The notes under the pieces are model-generated. The model made no database searches. It was not told where the DNA came from and worked only from the letters and a program-made list of their open reading frames with translations. Both the position numbers and the translations under genes were made by a program. 64,000 nucleotides of DNA from Promethearchaeota archaeon (GTDB lineage Archaea; Asgardarchaeota; Lokiarchaeia; Sigyniarchaeales; SOKP01), in the NCBI GenBank assembly GCA_016839555.1, contig JAEOUA010000010.1:32001-96000 (forward strand), read 5' to 3'. Positions 9,733 through 19,644 of this stretch are shown here, one piece after another; within the stretch, counting starts at the first letter, position 1; every line of letters starts with the position of its first letter.

Positions 9733-11874
9733 ATGGAACAAAAAGAAGTTAAGCTCCTTACCATATCGCTAATTTTAGTGGGATTAACTCTTTCTATTTC
9801 TTTATTAGCATCGTATAAATATATTATGCAATATTCTATTGAGGATGTTTCAGTTCCAATATATTTTACCGTCCTTATGGCAATATTGCTATTAATTGTA
9901 ACTCCCAGTTATTTATACTTAGAACGCTATAATCCTCTTCTTAGCAGAATCAAACCTAAAAAAGTTAAAAATGAGAAGCCGAAGAAATTATCCAAAAAAC
10001 AAATACGAATAATTGAAGTGGCAATTACTTCTATTTTAATTATAAGTATAATGATTGTCTTTATATACTTTTATTTTACGAATTATGATTTTGCGAAGAT
10101 ACTTGAGCAATTTACCGTGCCAATTATGATAGTAATAGGATTAGAGGTCGCGGTACCAGTATTATTCATAATTTCGTTTTTTCTAAAGAAAAAATTTAAA
10201 GTTCTCGCAAGATTGTTTAGTTTGTTAACCCTCATATCATTAGTATCATTTTATTTTTATATTCCTTACATTCCTATCAATATAGAACCTAACCACCCAG
10301 ACCCATTATGGAATCATGGAGTTGTGACCCATATTCTCCCTTCTGCGAGTCACAATCGCTTCATAATAAAGACTTCCTTTGATATTCCCGTAGCTAATCC
10401 ACAATTAAGAATAAATGGAACGGATATTGATGGGGAAAAAATGGATACTAGAGGATACTTTTGGCGTTTTGATGCCCAGAATTTAACACCTAATACAACT
10501 TATCAATTATCGCTTCATTCTGGACCCATTCCCTTATGCTCGTCGTGGCCCTTAAAAACCTTTCCCGATCCAAATGCAGACGTGGATCATTTAAGAATTG
10601 TAATTTTTACTGGTTCTGGAGGGCATGATGCGTGCAGGTCTTGGTATGGGATGGGGCAAATGCCTCTCTCAATAAGAAAGAAAATCTTAAATAGGGCATT
10701 AGATTTTAAACCAGATATTTTAATTGGCACTGGAGATCAAATCTATTATGATCTATATTTTGGGAAAGGACCGAATATTCTTGGTCAATCTAGAAGAGCT
10801 ATACAGTATAATGGAAGATATATACCGTATTTACCAGTTTTAGGAACGAGTAATGAAATATTCCTTAAAAATGCGGTTGATTGTCAAATATCTTATTTAT
10901 ATGGGACAGCTTGTAGATCAATTCCAACCTATTTTATTTTAGATGACCATGAATATTTTGCGAACGACGAAGCTATCCCTGAGGATGATATAGACTGGTC
11001 ACTTTTATTTGTATGGGCTGATCCAACCGTAAAGGAAGGGATTTCTTTTCCCCCAAGTCCTTTACTCTTAGAGCTTGGAAGAATTGCACGAAGATTATAT
11101 TTACCAGAATTTCTCCCCGATGAAAATAGACCCTTGGATCTTCCCGATACAAATTTGGATGGAAGTGCAGAAAATACATCGGAATTTTTTGGTACGCTTC
11201 GTTATGGAAAACTAGTAGAAGGACTATTATATGATCTTAGAAGATACGTAACTCTCACCGGATCAAACGCGACATTTTTACCACCTAAAGCGGAGAATTG
11301 GATAGTTGATCGTATGGAAGCAGAAGATACGGAATATGTTATTAATATCTCCCCAATTAGTTTTGGTTGGAGCGCAGGAAAATGGCTTTCATGGTATCCT
11401 GATGTCAAAATAAAAGTGGATGGACAACCAACGCTCAGTAAATTCGAATATAAATTTGCATGGCAATCTGGATGGTTTCAACAACATAATCGAATATTAA
11501 ATGCCTCATTTAATATGGAGAACGCGACTGATTTGTTTCTCTGTGGTGATATGCATACCCAGGCTGCTGGATATATATTGAGAAGTGGTGAGCTAGATTT
11601 TTCATCGGATCCTATACCCTCTGTACTAGTGGGTTCTCTAGGGGCAGATGGGGGAAGCTATCCGTCGGGAGGGCTCAGAGGGATTGAAGCAATGCCGCCA
11701 AATGATCTATTAGTAGCGGAATTTCTCCCTAGCTATGAAAAGTCCGGTTTTGTGGTTGCTGATTTTACCCATACTGATATTACAGTAAGTTTTTTTGGAT
11801 GGCGTATGGATATGGATAATATTGACGAAATAGATACATTAACCCTTCATTACATCTTTAAAATTCCACGTTAA
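9733..11874 (+). CDS. PhoD-like metallophosphatase with multi-TM N-terminus
   Basis: GTGDQIYYD, LDDHEYFAND, LYDLRRY, CGDMH; 4-5 N-terminal hydrophobic helices. Confidence 0.75.
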   Translation: MEQKEVKLLTISLILVGLTLSISLLASYKYIMQYSIEDVSVPIYFTVLMAILLLIVTPSYLYLERYNPLLSRIKPKKVKNEKPKKLSKKQIRIIEVAITSILIISIMIVFIYFYFTNYDFAKILEQFTVPIMIVIGLEVAVPVLFIISFFLKKKFKVLARLFSLLTLISLVSFYFYIPYIPINIEPNHPDPLWNHGVVTHILPSASHNRFIIKTSFDIPVANPQLRINGTDIDGEKMDTRGYFWRFDAQNLTPNTTYQLSLHSGPIPLCSSWPLKTFPDPNADVDHLRIVIFTGSGGHDACRSWYGMGQMPLSIRKKILNRALDFKPDILIGTGDQIYYDLYFGKGPNILGQSRRAIQYNGRYIPYLPVLGTSNEIFLKNAVDCQISYLYGTACRSIPTYFILDDHEYFANDEAIPEDDIDWSLLFVWADPTVKEGISFPPSPLLLELGRIARRLYLPEFLPDENRPLDLPDTNLDGSAENTSEFFGTLRYGKLVEGLLYDLRRYVTLTGSNATFLPPKAENWIVDRMEAEDTEYVINISPISFGWSAGKWLSWYPDVKIKVDGQPTLSKFEYKFAWQSGWFQQHNRILNASFNMENATDLFLCGDMHTQAAGYILRSGELDFSSDPIPSVLVGSLGADGGSYPSGGLRGIEAMPPNDLLVAEFLPSYEKSGFVVADFTHTDITVSFFGWRMDMDNIDEIDTLTLHYIFKIPR

Positions 11875-11996
11875 GTCTTATTTAATTCTTTTTTTTTCAT
11901 TTCTAACTCTTTATTTAAAAGATATATTTTTTTCTCATGAAAACTGAATTTGAAAATAGATAAAAACGCAAAAAAAAGATAAATTAAAACTATTAT

Positions 11997-12815
11997 TTAT
12001 TCCGATTCCTTCCTAAAGGCAGTTAAAAATATTACTCCAAGCACGACAATTCCAATTCCAAACACTTGAATGAGAATGATTAATTCATTCAATGTGATAA
12101 TCCCTAAAAGAATTGAAAGACTAATGCTAGCAGAAGTGAAGCATGGTACGACTCTATTAGCTTTTGATTTAGCAAACGCAAATTGAGTCATAATTAAAGT
12201 GAGAACTGACATTATCATTGTCATGATGATGAAAATTATTTGCAAATAAGGATCTGGGATTGCGGTAACTCGTTTTGAGACGGTCTGAAATGCCATAAGA
12301 GTGCCAGCTGTACTTCCAAGGATTAAACCCGCCGCTTTGTAATTACTCATTTTTGAAATTATTATTAGGATACCTTCGAACAATAATAAAATAAAAAGAA
12401 TAATAATAAAATACAAAAAATTAAAATCACCTGATTGCACAGCACTCGGATTTGGATTAAAAGCTGTAGCAAGAATTACCCCTAAAACAATTAATATTAT
12501 GCCAAAAATTTCTATTTTAGTGATATTCTCATTTAAGACAAAATAAGAGAAAATTATTAACACAATCAATCCTAATCCTTCAAGAGGAGCAATAACATTG
12601 ATAGGAGCGAAAAAGAGAGCAATCCATTGGACAAACATATAAATGCTAGTAAGGATTGTCCCACCAATCCAAACGCCTGAATTTTTACCTTTAATCTTCT
12701 TCTCTGCTTTAAATCCTTCAATCGCCATTTTCTGTATCCCTTTGCCTAGGTTCAATAACACATACGCAACTAATCCTATAGAAATACCTATAACAATATT
12801 TTCTCCAATAACCAT
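11997..12815 (-). CDS. DMT-superfamily transporter (NIPA/Mg2+-transporter-like)
   Basis: LGKGIQK, W..G, ALFFAP..VIAPL, VLNE; about 9 TM helices. Confidence 0.7.
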   Translation of the reverse strand: MVIGENIVIGISIGLVAYVLLNLGKGIQKMAIEGFKAEKKIKGKNSGVWIGGTILTSIYMFVQWIALFFAPINVIAPLEGLGLIVLIIFSYFVLNENITKIEIFGIILIVLGVILATAFNPNPSAVQSGDFNFLYFIIILFILLLFEGILIIISKMSNYKAAGLILGSTAGTLMAFQTVSKRVTAIPDPYLQIIFIIMTMIMSVLTLIMTQFAFAKSKANRVVPCFTSASISLSILLGIITLNELIILIQVFGIGIVVLGVIFLTAFRKESE

Positions 12816-12858
12816 TCTTTATTTTTTCACTTTTTTTTAGATATTTAATATAATTAGA

Positions 12859-13953
12859 TTAATATTCTGGATATCCCTCAAAATCTTTTAATTCTTCTTG
12901 AATTTTTTCAGAATTTTTTATATCCGCCTCCGTTGGATACGGGACCTCTGCAAAAAGGTCCACATCAGGAAGATCCAGTTTCTTGCGTACTTTTTTCTCT
13001 TTTGGCCCAAATCCTACGCGAGGGGCAAAGAATTTGATTACCTTAAATTTCACTTTTGAGAACCATTTTTCCCATTCTTCAGCAAATCCACCATTTTCAA
13101 TATGCTTAAGAACATTTTTCTGTATATTAGCAATTTTTTCTACTACTTTATTATATTCTATTTCGTTACTTACAATCCCATATTGAGTCCTTTCAGGATA
13201 TGCTTGGATATATCTTGAGAGCCCGTATTCAGTTATTTTTTTATAAATTGATTTTAATTGTCCCGAAAGAATTAATTCAATCAAAACTGCATCGACAGAA
13301 TATCCCGCTTTCATTAAAATATTCATGGTCTCTAATAAAACCCTTCCAAACGAGGGACCAAATCCTTGTTCGGTGAAAAGATCTAAAACGGCTTCTTGCT
13401 TAAATGTGACTTCAATTGCTCCTAATTTGAGTGTTCCTAAGGCTTTACATAACGCTAATAAATTCTGTTTCGCTTCTCCAGAAGCATTTTGATGAACATT
13501 GATAAAACTAAAATAACTTTTTTTATTCAAAAAACGTTCTCTCACACCAATACCAATCATACGTGGAGCAATGAGTAACACATCTACAAAATCTGGTGGT
13601 TTCAGCAGATCAAAAGCAATATTATACCCGCTTGCAAATATTAAACTCTGGTTTTTATGTAAATTAGGTAAAATCTTTTCTTCAAATACCTCATTCATTA
13701 TCTCATCTGGAATTAAATAGAATAATATATCTGCCTTTTTAATAGCTTCTTCTATTGAATATACTTTAAATCCGTCTTTTTCTGCTCTCTGTTTATATTC
13801 ATCATCTCTATTGCCTACTATTACATCTAATCCAGAATCTCTCATGTTTAAAGCTTGAGATCTGCCTTGATTTCCATATCCTATCATCCCAACTATTTTA
13901 TTTGTTAAAATTGAAAGATCTCCATCTTTTTCATAATATATATTAGTTTTCAT
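12859..13953 (-). CDS. ilvC: Ketol-acid reductoisomerase family protein (copy A; NAD(P)H domain and DLFTEQ intact)
   Basis: GYGNQGRSQALNMRDSG, PDE, APRMIG, EAVLDLFTEQ, IENGGFAEEW. Confidence 0.85.
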   Translation of the reverse strand: MKTNIYYEKDGDLSILTNKIVGMIGYGNQGRSQALNMRDSGLDVIVGNRDDEYKQRAEKDGFKVYSIEEAIKKADILFYLIPDEIMNEVFEEKILPNLHKNQSLIFASGYNIAFDLLKPPDFVDVLLIAPRMIGIGVRERFLNKKSYFSFINVHQNASGEAKQNLLALCKALGTLKLGAIEVTFKQEAVLDLFTEQGFGPSFGRVLLETMNILMKAGYSVDAVLIELILSGQLKSIYKKITEYGLSRYIQAYPERTQYGIVSNEIEYNKVVEKIANIQKNVLKHIENGGFAEEWEKWFSKVKFKVIKFFAPRVGFGPKEKKVRKKLDLPDVDLFAEVPYPTEADIKNSEKIQEELKDFEGYPEY

Positions 13954-13987
13954 ATTTATTACTTTTTTATTCTATTTCTTCTAATTA

Positions 13988-15085
13988 TTAAAATTGGCTA
14001 TAAAATTTCTTATAAGTTTCATATGTAGTTCTTAGCTCTTTATATTTAGTTAATTGCTCTTTTGAGGGAAGCTTTAGTTCTTGTCCTTTCTCTGGTATTG
14101 AATAATTAAGATTTTTATAGACCTCTTGTTCTAATTTACTAAAATTAGTAGTAAAGGCAAAGTATTTCATAATATTTAATTTTGCAGTGTTTTTATAATG
14201 CTCCCACTCCTGTGAAAATTGACCTTTTTCAATATATTGCAAAATTTTTTTATGTATCTTATCAATATCGCCTCCTACTTTTGCATATTTAACCCCACGG
14301 CTTAAAGAACCATACTGAGATGTTTGGGAGTGAAAATTCATTTGCTTAATTAACCCCACATTAATCATTTTGTCGACTGTATAAATCATTTCTTCTGAAA
14401 GTATTAATTCAATATATATTGCCTCAGCGGGATAACCTGCTTCCATTAAATTTTTAATAGCCCTCATTAATACCTGATTAAAAGCTGCCCTAAAAGTTTG
14501 TTCAGCAAATAATTTTAAGCTGGTTTGTTGCATAAATGACATCTTAATTGCTGCTTTTTTTAAACCTCCAATCGCTTTTGTTAATGCTAATAAATGATTC
14601 AAGGCATTTCTAGAACTATTTTGAGTAATCCCGATAAAAGTAAAAAAGCCCTCTTTATTAATAAATTGTTTTCTTACGACCTCTCCAAGTGCAAGTGGAG
14701 TAATTAACAGTACATCAATATCTTTGGGAACTTCTATAGTGCTAAAAGCCACATAATATCCATCAGAAAAAATGAGTGTTTTTTGTTTATTCAAATGAGA
14801 AATTACTTGTTTTTCAAAAATTTCTTTCATATCTTTATCTGGGAGTAATAAAAATATGAAATCACCCCGTTTGACAGCCTCTGCAATAGAAAAGGTTTCA
14901 AAGCCATCTTTATCTGCTCGCATTTTATATTTTTCATTAGAAATGCCAATTATTACATTAAGTTCCGAATCTCTCATATTTAGCGCTTGAGCTTTTGCTT
15001 GATTTCCATACCCAATAACTGATATTGTTTTATTCTTTAAAAGGGATAAATCGGCATCATTCTCCCGAAAAATTGTAGTTTCCAT
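13988..15085 (-). CDS. ilvC: Ketol-acid reductoisomerase family protein (copy B; degenerate N-terminal site, HSQTSQYG intact)
   Basis: GYGNQAKAQALNMRDS, KLFAEQ, ELILSEE, HSQTSQYG, IEKGQFSQEW. Confidence 0.8.
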   Translation of the reverse strand: METTIFRENDADLSLLKNKTISVIGYGNQAKAQALNMRDSELNVIIGISNEKYKMRADKDGFETFSIAEAVKRGDFIFLLLPDKDMKEIFEKQVISHLNKQKTLIFSDGYYVAFSTIEVPKDIDVLLITPLALGEVVRKQFINKEGFFTFIGITQNSSRNALNHLLALTKAIGGLKKAAIKMSFMQQTSLKLFAEQTFRAAFNQVLMRAIKNLMEAGYPAEAIYIELILSEEMIYTVDKMINVGLIKQMNFHSQTSQYGSLSRGVKYAKVGGDIDKIHKKILQYIEKGQFSQEWEHYKNTAKLNIMKYFAFTTNFSKLEQEVYKNLNYSIPEKGQELKLPSKEQLTKYKELRTTYETYKKFYSQF

Positions 15086-15490
15086 TTAGTTTTTTCCTTT
15101 TTGTATTTCTTTAACGATTAATAGTTATATATGATTTCTTTGTAATAATATTTAAACCTTAAATATTCTTAAAAAGCTAAATTTAAAAATATAGACTATC
15201 ATAAAAAATGTAAAACGCATTTTAATAAAAATAAATTTCTTTATTGAATTATTGAATTTTAAAAAAAAAAATCAAAGATCTTAAGAAAATTAAAAATCAA
15301 GATTTTATTAATAAGAAAAAATGTTCTAATAAATAATTACCAACCATAAAAAATTTAAGTAAAAATCTTTATTATATTCAAAACTTACATATTTAAGAAG
15401 CATTTAAAAAGCAGTATAAAGAAATATTTATCACATTTATTTGATTTAACAGGTTATAGGAAATAATTTAAAAAGGAGTAGGATCATACC

Positions 15491-16033
15491 ATAGAATATC
15501 GTACATATAAGATATGCATTGTTGGTGATGGAGGTGTAGGTAAGACCACAATCGTCCATCGCTATGTAGATGATATATTTTTAGATGATACAAAAATTAC
15601 AATCGGTACCAATTTATTTGTGAAAAGAATAGACCTCCCTAACAAAAAGAAGAAAATTACGCTTCAGATTTGGGATTTGGGTGGTGAAGCAAAATTCGAA
15701 GGCATAAGAAATAGCTTCTATGCTGGAGCGAATGGTATTATTTATACATTTGATTTAACTAGAAGATTTTCACTGATGAATTTAAGTAAATGGAAGACTG
15801 AAATTGAACGAGTTATAGGATCTAAACCTAGTGTGTTAGTAGGAAATAAGCTCGATTTAGTGAAGTATGATAATGAGAGACCGATTCCAGAAAGTGAAGG
15901 AGAAAAAATAAAAGAGGAATTAGGATGCAGCTATTATTTAGAAACCTCCGCAAAAGAAGATGTGAGAATAGATAAAGCATTTCTAAAGCTTTCTGAACTT
16001 ATTTTAAATACATATAAACCATTAGATTATTAG
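15491..16033 (+). CDS. Rab-like small GTPase; real N-terminus extends upstream of the ORF-track GTG (probable ATA start)
   Basis: In-frame from 15491: IEYRTYKICIVGDGGVGKTT..TIG..WDLGGE..GNKLD..ETSAK; in-frame TAG at 15479-15481; no C-terminal prenylation Cys. Confidence 0.9.
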   Translation: MEYRTYKICIVGDGGVGKTTIVHRYVDDIFLDDTKITIGTNLFVKRIDLPNKKKKITLQIWDLGGEAKFEGIRNSFYAGANGIIYTFDLTRRFSLMNLSKWKTEIERVIGSKPSVLVGNKLDLVKYDNERPIPESEGEKIKEELGCSYYLETSAKEDVRIDKAFLKLSELILNTYKPLDY

Positions 16034-16283
16034 TCTCTCAATTAAAAATTTGATAATTTGGACCTATTTATTCTCTTTGTTTTTCATTGATTCGTGTTGA
16101 TTAAAAAATAAGTTTTTTATTTTTTGAAAAAATTAAAAATTCTTGATATCTATTAAAGAATTGAAGAAATATATAAACATACATAGAGATATATGCTTTT
16201 TTTGAACAGGATTTATTTTATGGCTTTATTCTATATTTATCAAGTAATTGCTTTTATATTATAGATAAAAAGTTTAATAATAA

Positions 16284-16297
16284 TGAATATATATTCA
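16284..16297. promoter_or_regulatory. Palindromic operator TGAATATATATTCA 3 nt downstream of a TATA-like box, upstream of Mrp
   Basis: AAAAG-TTTAATAA-taa-TGAATATATATTCA; perfect palindrome. Confidence 0.7.
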
Positions 16298-16478
16298 CAA
16301 TATATAGAATTGCTTCTATAAATATTTTCCTCTCTCGAATATAAATGTATAATTTAAAATGGATTATTTTTCATAAATTATTACCAATATACTAATAGAG
16401 GAAGGATTATTTCAAGAATAAAAGAATAAATGGAATTAATTTTTTAAAAATTAATAAATAATAATAAAGGGAAAAAAT

Positions 16479-17354
16479 ATGGAAGAAAAAGACATCCCAG
16501 ATGAAATTGATCTGAATAAGACTGTTCAAGAAGGTAAAAAAGAAGCTATGGAACAACGCTTGGAAGACATTAAGATGAATATGGCCAGGATAAAACATAA
16601 ATTAGTGATAATTAGTGGAAAGGGCGGGGTAGGCAAAACTACGGTTGCAGTAAATTTAGCTATGAGCTTAGCAAGTTTAGGATTAAGAGTAGGAATCCTT
16701 GATGTTGATATTACAGGACCAAATGTCACAAAAATGCTAGGGGTTGATGATGAGTTAAAGCCCAGAGTTGACAAAGGAAGGAATAAATTTTATCCTGTAA
16801 ATGGTCCCCTCAATATTAAGGTGCTTTCTATGTCATTTCTTACAGAAAATACAGATACGCCTGTAATTTGGAGAGGTCCAATGAAAATGGGAGCTATAAG
16901 ACAGTTTTTAGGCGATGCAGAATGGGGAGAGTTGGATTATATTGTATTCGACTTACCCCCGGGAACATCCGATGAAACTCTTGATATTTTACAATTAATT
17001 CCTGATGAAAATGTAATTGTGGTTACTACACCTCAAGAAGTAGCGTTACTTGATGCCCGCAAAACCATTAGAATGTCCCAAATTATGGAGAGAAATGTAT
17101 TAGGTATAATTGAAAACATGTCCGGCTTTGATTGTCCGCATTGTGGGAAACATATAGATTTATATCCTCCTGGTGGGGCTGAAAAGGCTGCAAATGATTT
17201 TAATGTCGAACTCTTAGGGCAAGTACCATTTGAGATCGAAGTTGGCGTGCAGGGTGATCGGGGTCTACCATTTGTTGTAAAGTATCCTGATTCAGAAAGC
17301 GCAAAAGAATTCAAAAAAATTGTAATTAAGATAAGAGAGAGAATTGAAAACTAA
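16479..17354 (+). CDS. mrp: Mrp/ApbC/NBP35 Fe-S cluster carrier ATPase
   Basis: SGKGGVGKT, DVDITGP, IWRGP, DLPPGTSD, VTTPQ, ENMSGFDCPHC. Confidence 0.95.
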   Translation: MEEKDIPDEIDLNKTVQEGKKEAMEQRLEDIKMNMARIKHKLVIISGKGGVGKTTVAVNLAMSLASLGLRVGILDVDITGPNVTKMLGVDDELKPRVDKGRNKFYPVNGPLNIKVLSMSFLTENTDTPVIWRGPMKMGAIRQFLGDAEWGELDYIVFDLPPGTSDETLDILQLIPDENVIVVTTPQEVALLDARKTIRMSQIMERNVLGIIENMSGFDCPHCGKHIDLYPPGGAEKAANDFNVELLGQVPFEIEVGVQGDRGLPFVVKYPDSESAKEFKKIVIKIRERIEN

Positions 17355-17562
17355 AATCTAATCTTAATTCCTTAATCTTATTTTTCTTTTTTAAATTTAA
17401 ATCTATTAGCTTCTCTCAACTAAGATATTTATAATTGTGAAAAATAAAAATTGTGGCTTATTGACTTTAGATTAATCTATTCTCATAAAGAAATTTTATA
17501 TATTCATAATCTAATATCATTATATAGAATGGATATTAAATCTATTTTTAATTGCGAATATT

Positions 17563-18423
17563 ATGTCAAATAAAACGGCGACAGTCTTCATACAATGCCC
17601 TATATGCCATAAGAGCGGTACAATAGAAGTAAAAAAAAAAGAAATAGAACGAAGTCCTACGGGCTTAACAACTATTGAAATAAAAGAAGATATCTGTGAG
17701 CACCGATTTTTAGTTTATGTTGATAAAAATTTTAAAATGCGAGAAAGCGAAAAATTAGACTTCATTCAATCTCCAGATATAGTATTTGAAATCCAAAAAG
17801 GAAAAGAAGCAATCTTTGATAAGGATCAAATGAATGTGATTAAATTATATGTGTATCCATTAACTCTTAGTTATATCTTAAAATGTTTAATGTTTAATCA
17901 AAAAATAGGAATTCTCATTAATGATAATAAGCCTTTTTTAAAAAGAATCTATAAAACTCTTTTTAATTATCTTTTTGAAGGTGCTTTTTCGATAGACTAT
18001 CAAATTTTACCCTATAGTGAATTTATTTCAGCAAAAAATAATATAGATTTACCAATTATTATTAGAGATATAGATATTTTGCGAGATCAAAACAATTTTC
18101 TTACTGGTGCTGATCTTGCGGTGGAAAGGGGATTTGTGAAGAAATTTTATAATGAAAAATATGGTATTGAGACCTTAAAAGCGTTGAAAATGGAAATAAA
18201 AAATGCGTTTATTTTAGCAAGTTCAATCAAAGAACTTATAATAATGAAAAAAAAGTTAAATATACACAAAATAATAAATTTTTTACAAAAACAATTTAAC
18301 ATTAAAGTCAATATACGCTATGCGGAATTTCTATTAGACATATTAAAATATTATTATCATATCAATCTAAAAGGGATCTATAAAAATGTAGAATTTTTGA
18401 AATTTAAAAAATTAGGAAAATAG
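17563..18423 (+). CDS. Hypothetical protein with N-terminal Zn-binding CPxC..CxH domain (tandem paralogue 1)
   Basis: CPICHK..ICEHRFLVYVDKNF; strongly similar to 18627..19484. Confidence 0.8.
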   Translation: MSNKTATVFIQCPICHKSGTIEVKKKEIERSPTGLTTIEIKEDICEHRFLVYVDKNFKMRESEKLDFIQSPDIVFEIQKGKEAIFDKDQMNVIKLYVYPLTLSYILKCLMFNQKIGILINDNKPFLKRIYKTLFNYLFEGAFSIDYQILPYSEFISAKNNIDLPIIIRDIDILRDQNNFLTGADLAVERGFVKKFYNEKYGIETLKALKMEIKNAFILASSIKELIIMKKKLNIHKIINFLQKQFNIKVNIRYAEFLLDILKYYYHINLKGIYKNVEFLKFKKLGK

Positions 18424-18480
18424 CAACAAAAATTTCGAATAAACTTTTTTCCTCTATAAATAGGATAAATAGAGAACGCA

Positions 18481-18519
18481 GTAAGTAAAAACAACTCAGT
18501 ATTTGTCAATTGTCCTATG
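18481..18519 (+). pseudogene. Possible remnant 5' end of a third paralogue
   Basis: Translates VSKNNSVFVNCPM, compared with MSNKTATVFIQCPI and MSNKKQVFIQCPV of the flanking genes. Confidence 0.4.
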
Positions 18520-18626
18520 ATAGTAGAATTTACTTCTAAACTCTCCCTACTCATCATTCTTACACAATAAATCTCCTATGATATAAAAATATAAATATCA
18601 AAAATGTATTTTTTCATTTAACTATC

Positions 18627-19484
18627 ATGTCAAATAAAAAACAGGTTTTTATTCAATGTCCCGTATGTAAAAAAAGTGGTAAAATTGAAGTACCGAAAAA
18701 AAAAATAGAGGAAAAAAGTTCAGGGTTAAGCATAATAATTGTCAAGAAACTAATCTGTGAACATGTTTTTCTAGCTTATATTGACAAGAATTTCATAATG
18801 CGTGAAAGTGAAGAAGTATATTATGTACCTTCTCCAGAAATTATTGAGAAATCTAAAGAAATTAAGGAGGAATTTTTTGATGATCATGAAATGGTTATGA
18901 TTCAAATGAATCTCTATCCATTAACTCTTAGTTATATCCTAAAATGTTTTTTAAATAATCAATCTGTGGGGATAATTTTAGAAGAAAATCAAGATTTCTT
19001 AAAACCTACTTATGAGAAATTATTCAATTATCTGTTTAATAGGACTTTTGAAATTAATTATCAAATTTTATCTGAATATGATTATTCTAATTTAAAAAAT
19101 GAATTGGATTTACCCATTATTATTAAAAATGTAGAAATTTTAAAAGATGAACACGGTTTTTTAACCGAAAATGAATTTGCAGTTGAGAGGGGTTTTATTA
19201 ATAAATTTTATAATGAGAATTATGGGCGCGACACCTTAAAGGCTCTAAAATTGGAAATTAATAATGCATTTATGTTAGCAAATACAACAAAAAATTATAT
19301 AACTAATAATAAAAAGTTGAATCTAAATAAAATAATAAAATATTTAGAAAATGAGTTTAAAATCAATGTCGATATAAAATATGCTGAGTTTTTACTAGAA
19401 ATCATAAAAAATTATTTTAATCTAGAAGTGAAATCAATATATAAGAATGTGGAGTTTCTTAAATTTAAGAAATTAAGCAAATAA
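18627..19484 (+). CDS. Hypothetical protein with N-terminal Zn-binding CPxC..CxH domain (tandem paralogue 2)
   Basis: CPVCKK..ICEHVFLAYIDKNF; shared LYPLTLSYILKC, AVERGF, IYKNVEFLKFKKL. Confidence 0.8.
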   Translation: MSNKKQVFIQCPVCKKSGKIEVPKKKIEEKSSGLSIIIVKKLICEHVFLAYIDKNFIMRESEEVYYVPSPEIIEKSKEIKEEFFDDHEMVMIQMNLYPLTLSYILKCFLNNQSVGIILEENQDFLKPTYEKLFNYLFNRTFEINYQILSEYDYSNLKNELDLPIIIKNVEILKDEHGFLTENEFAVERGFINKFYNENYGRDTLKALKLEINNAFMLANTTKNYITNNKKLNLNKIIKYLENEFKINVDIKYAEFLLEIIKNYFNLEVKSIYKNVEFLKFKKLSK

Positions 19485-19644
19485 GTATTTTTTTCTCTAA
19501 TTATATTTACTTTCTTTATTCTTGGGTATTTAATCACTAAACCCTCAATTTAACTTCATAGCTTAAAACTGAAATATAGACAAAATTAATTAAATGTCAA
19601 ACAATATTATGTTTAACTAATAACTAAGTTAATATATGTAAATT

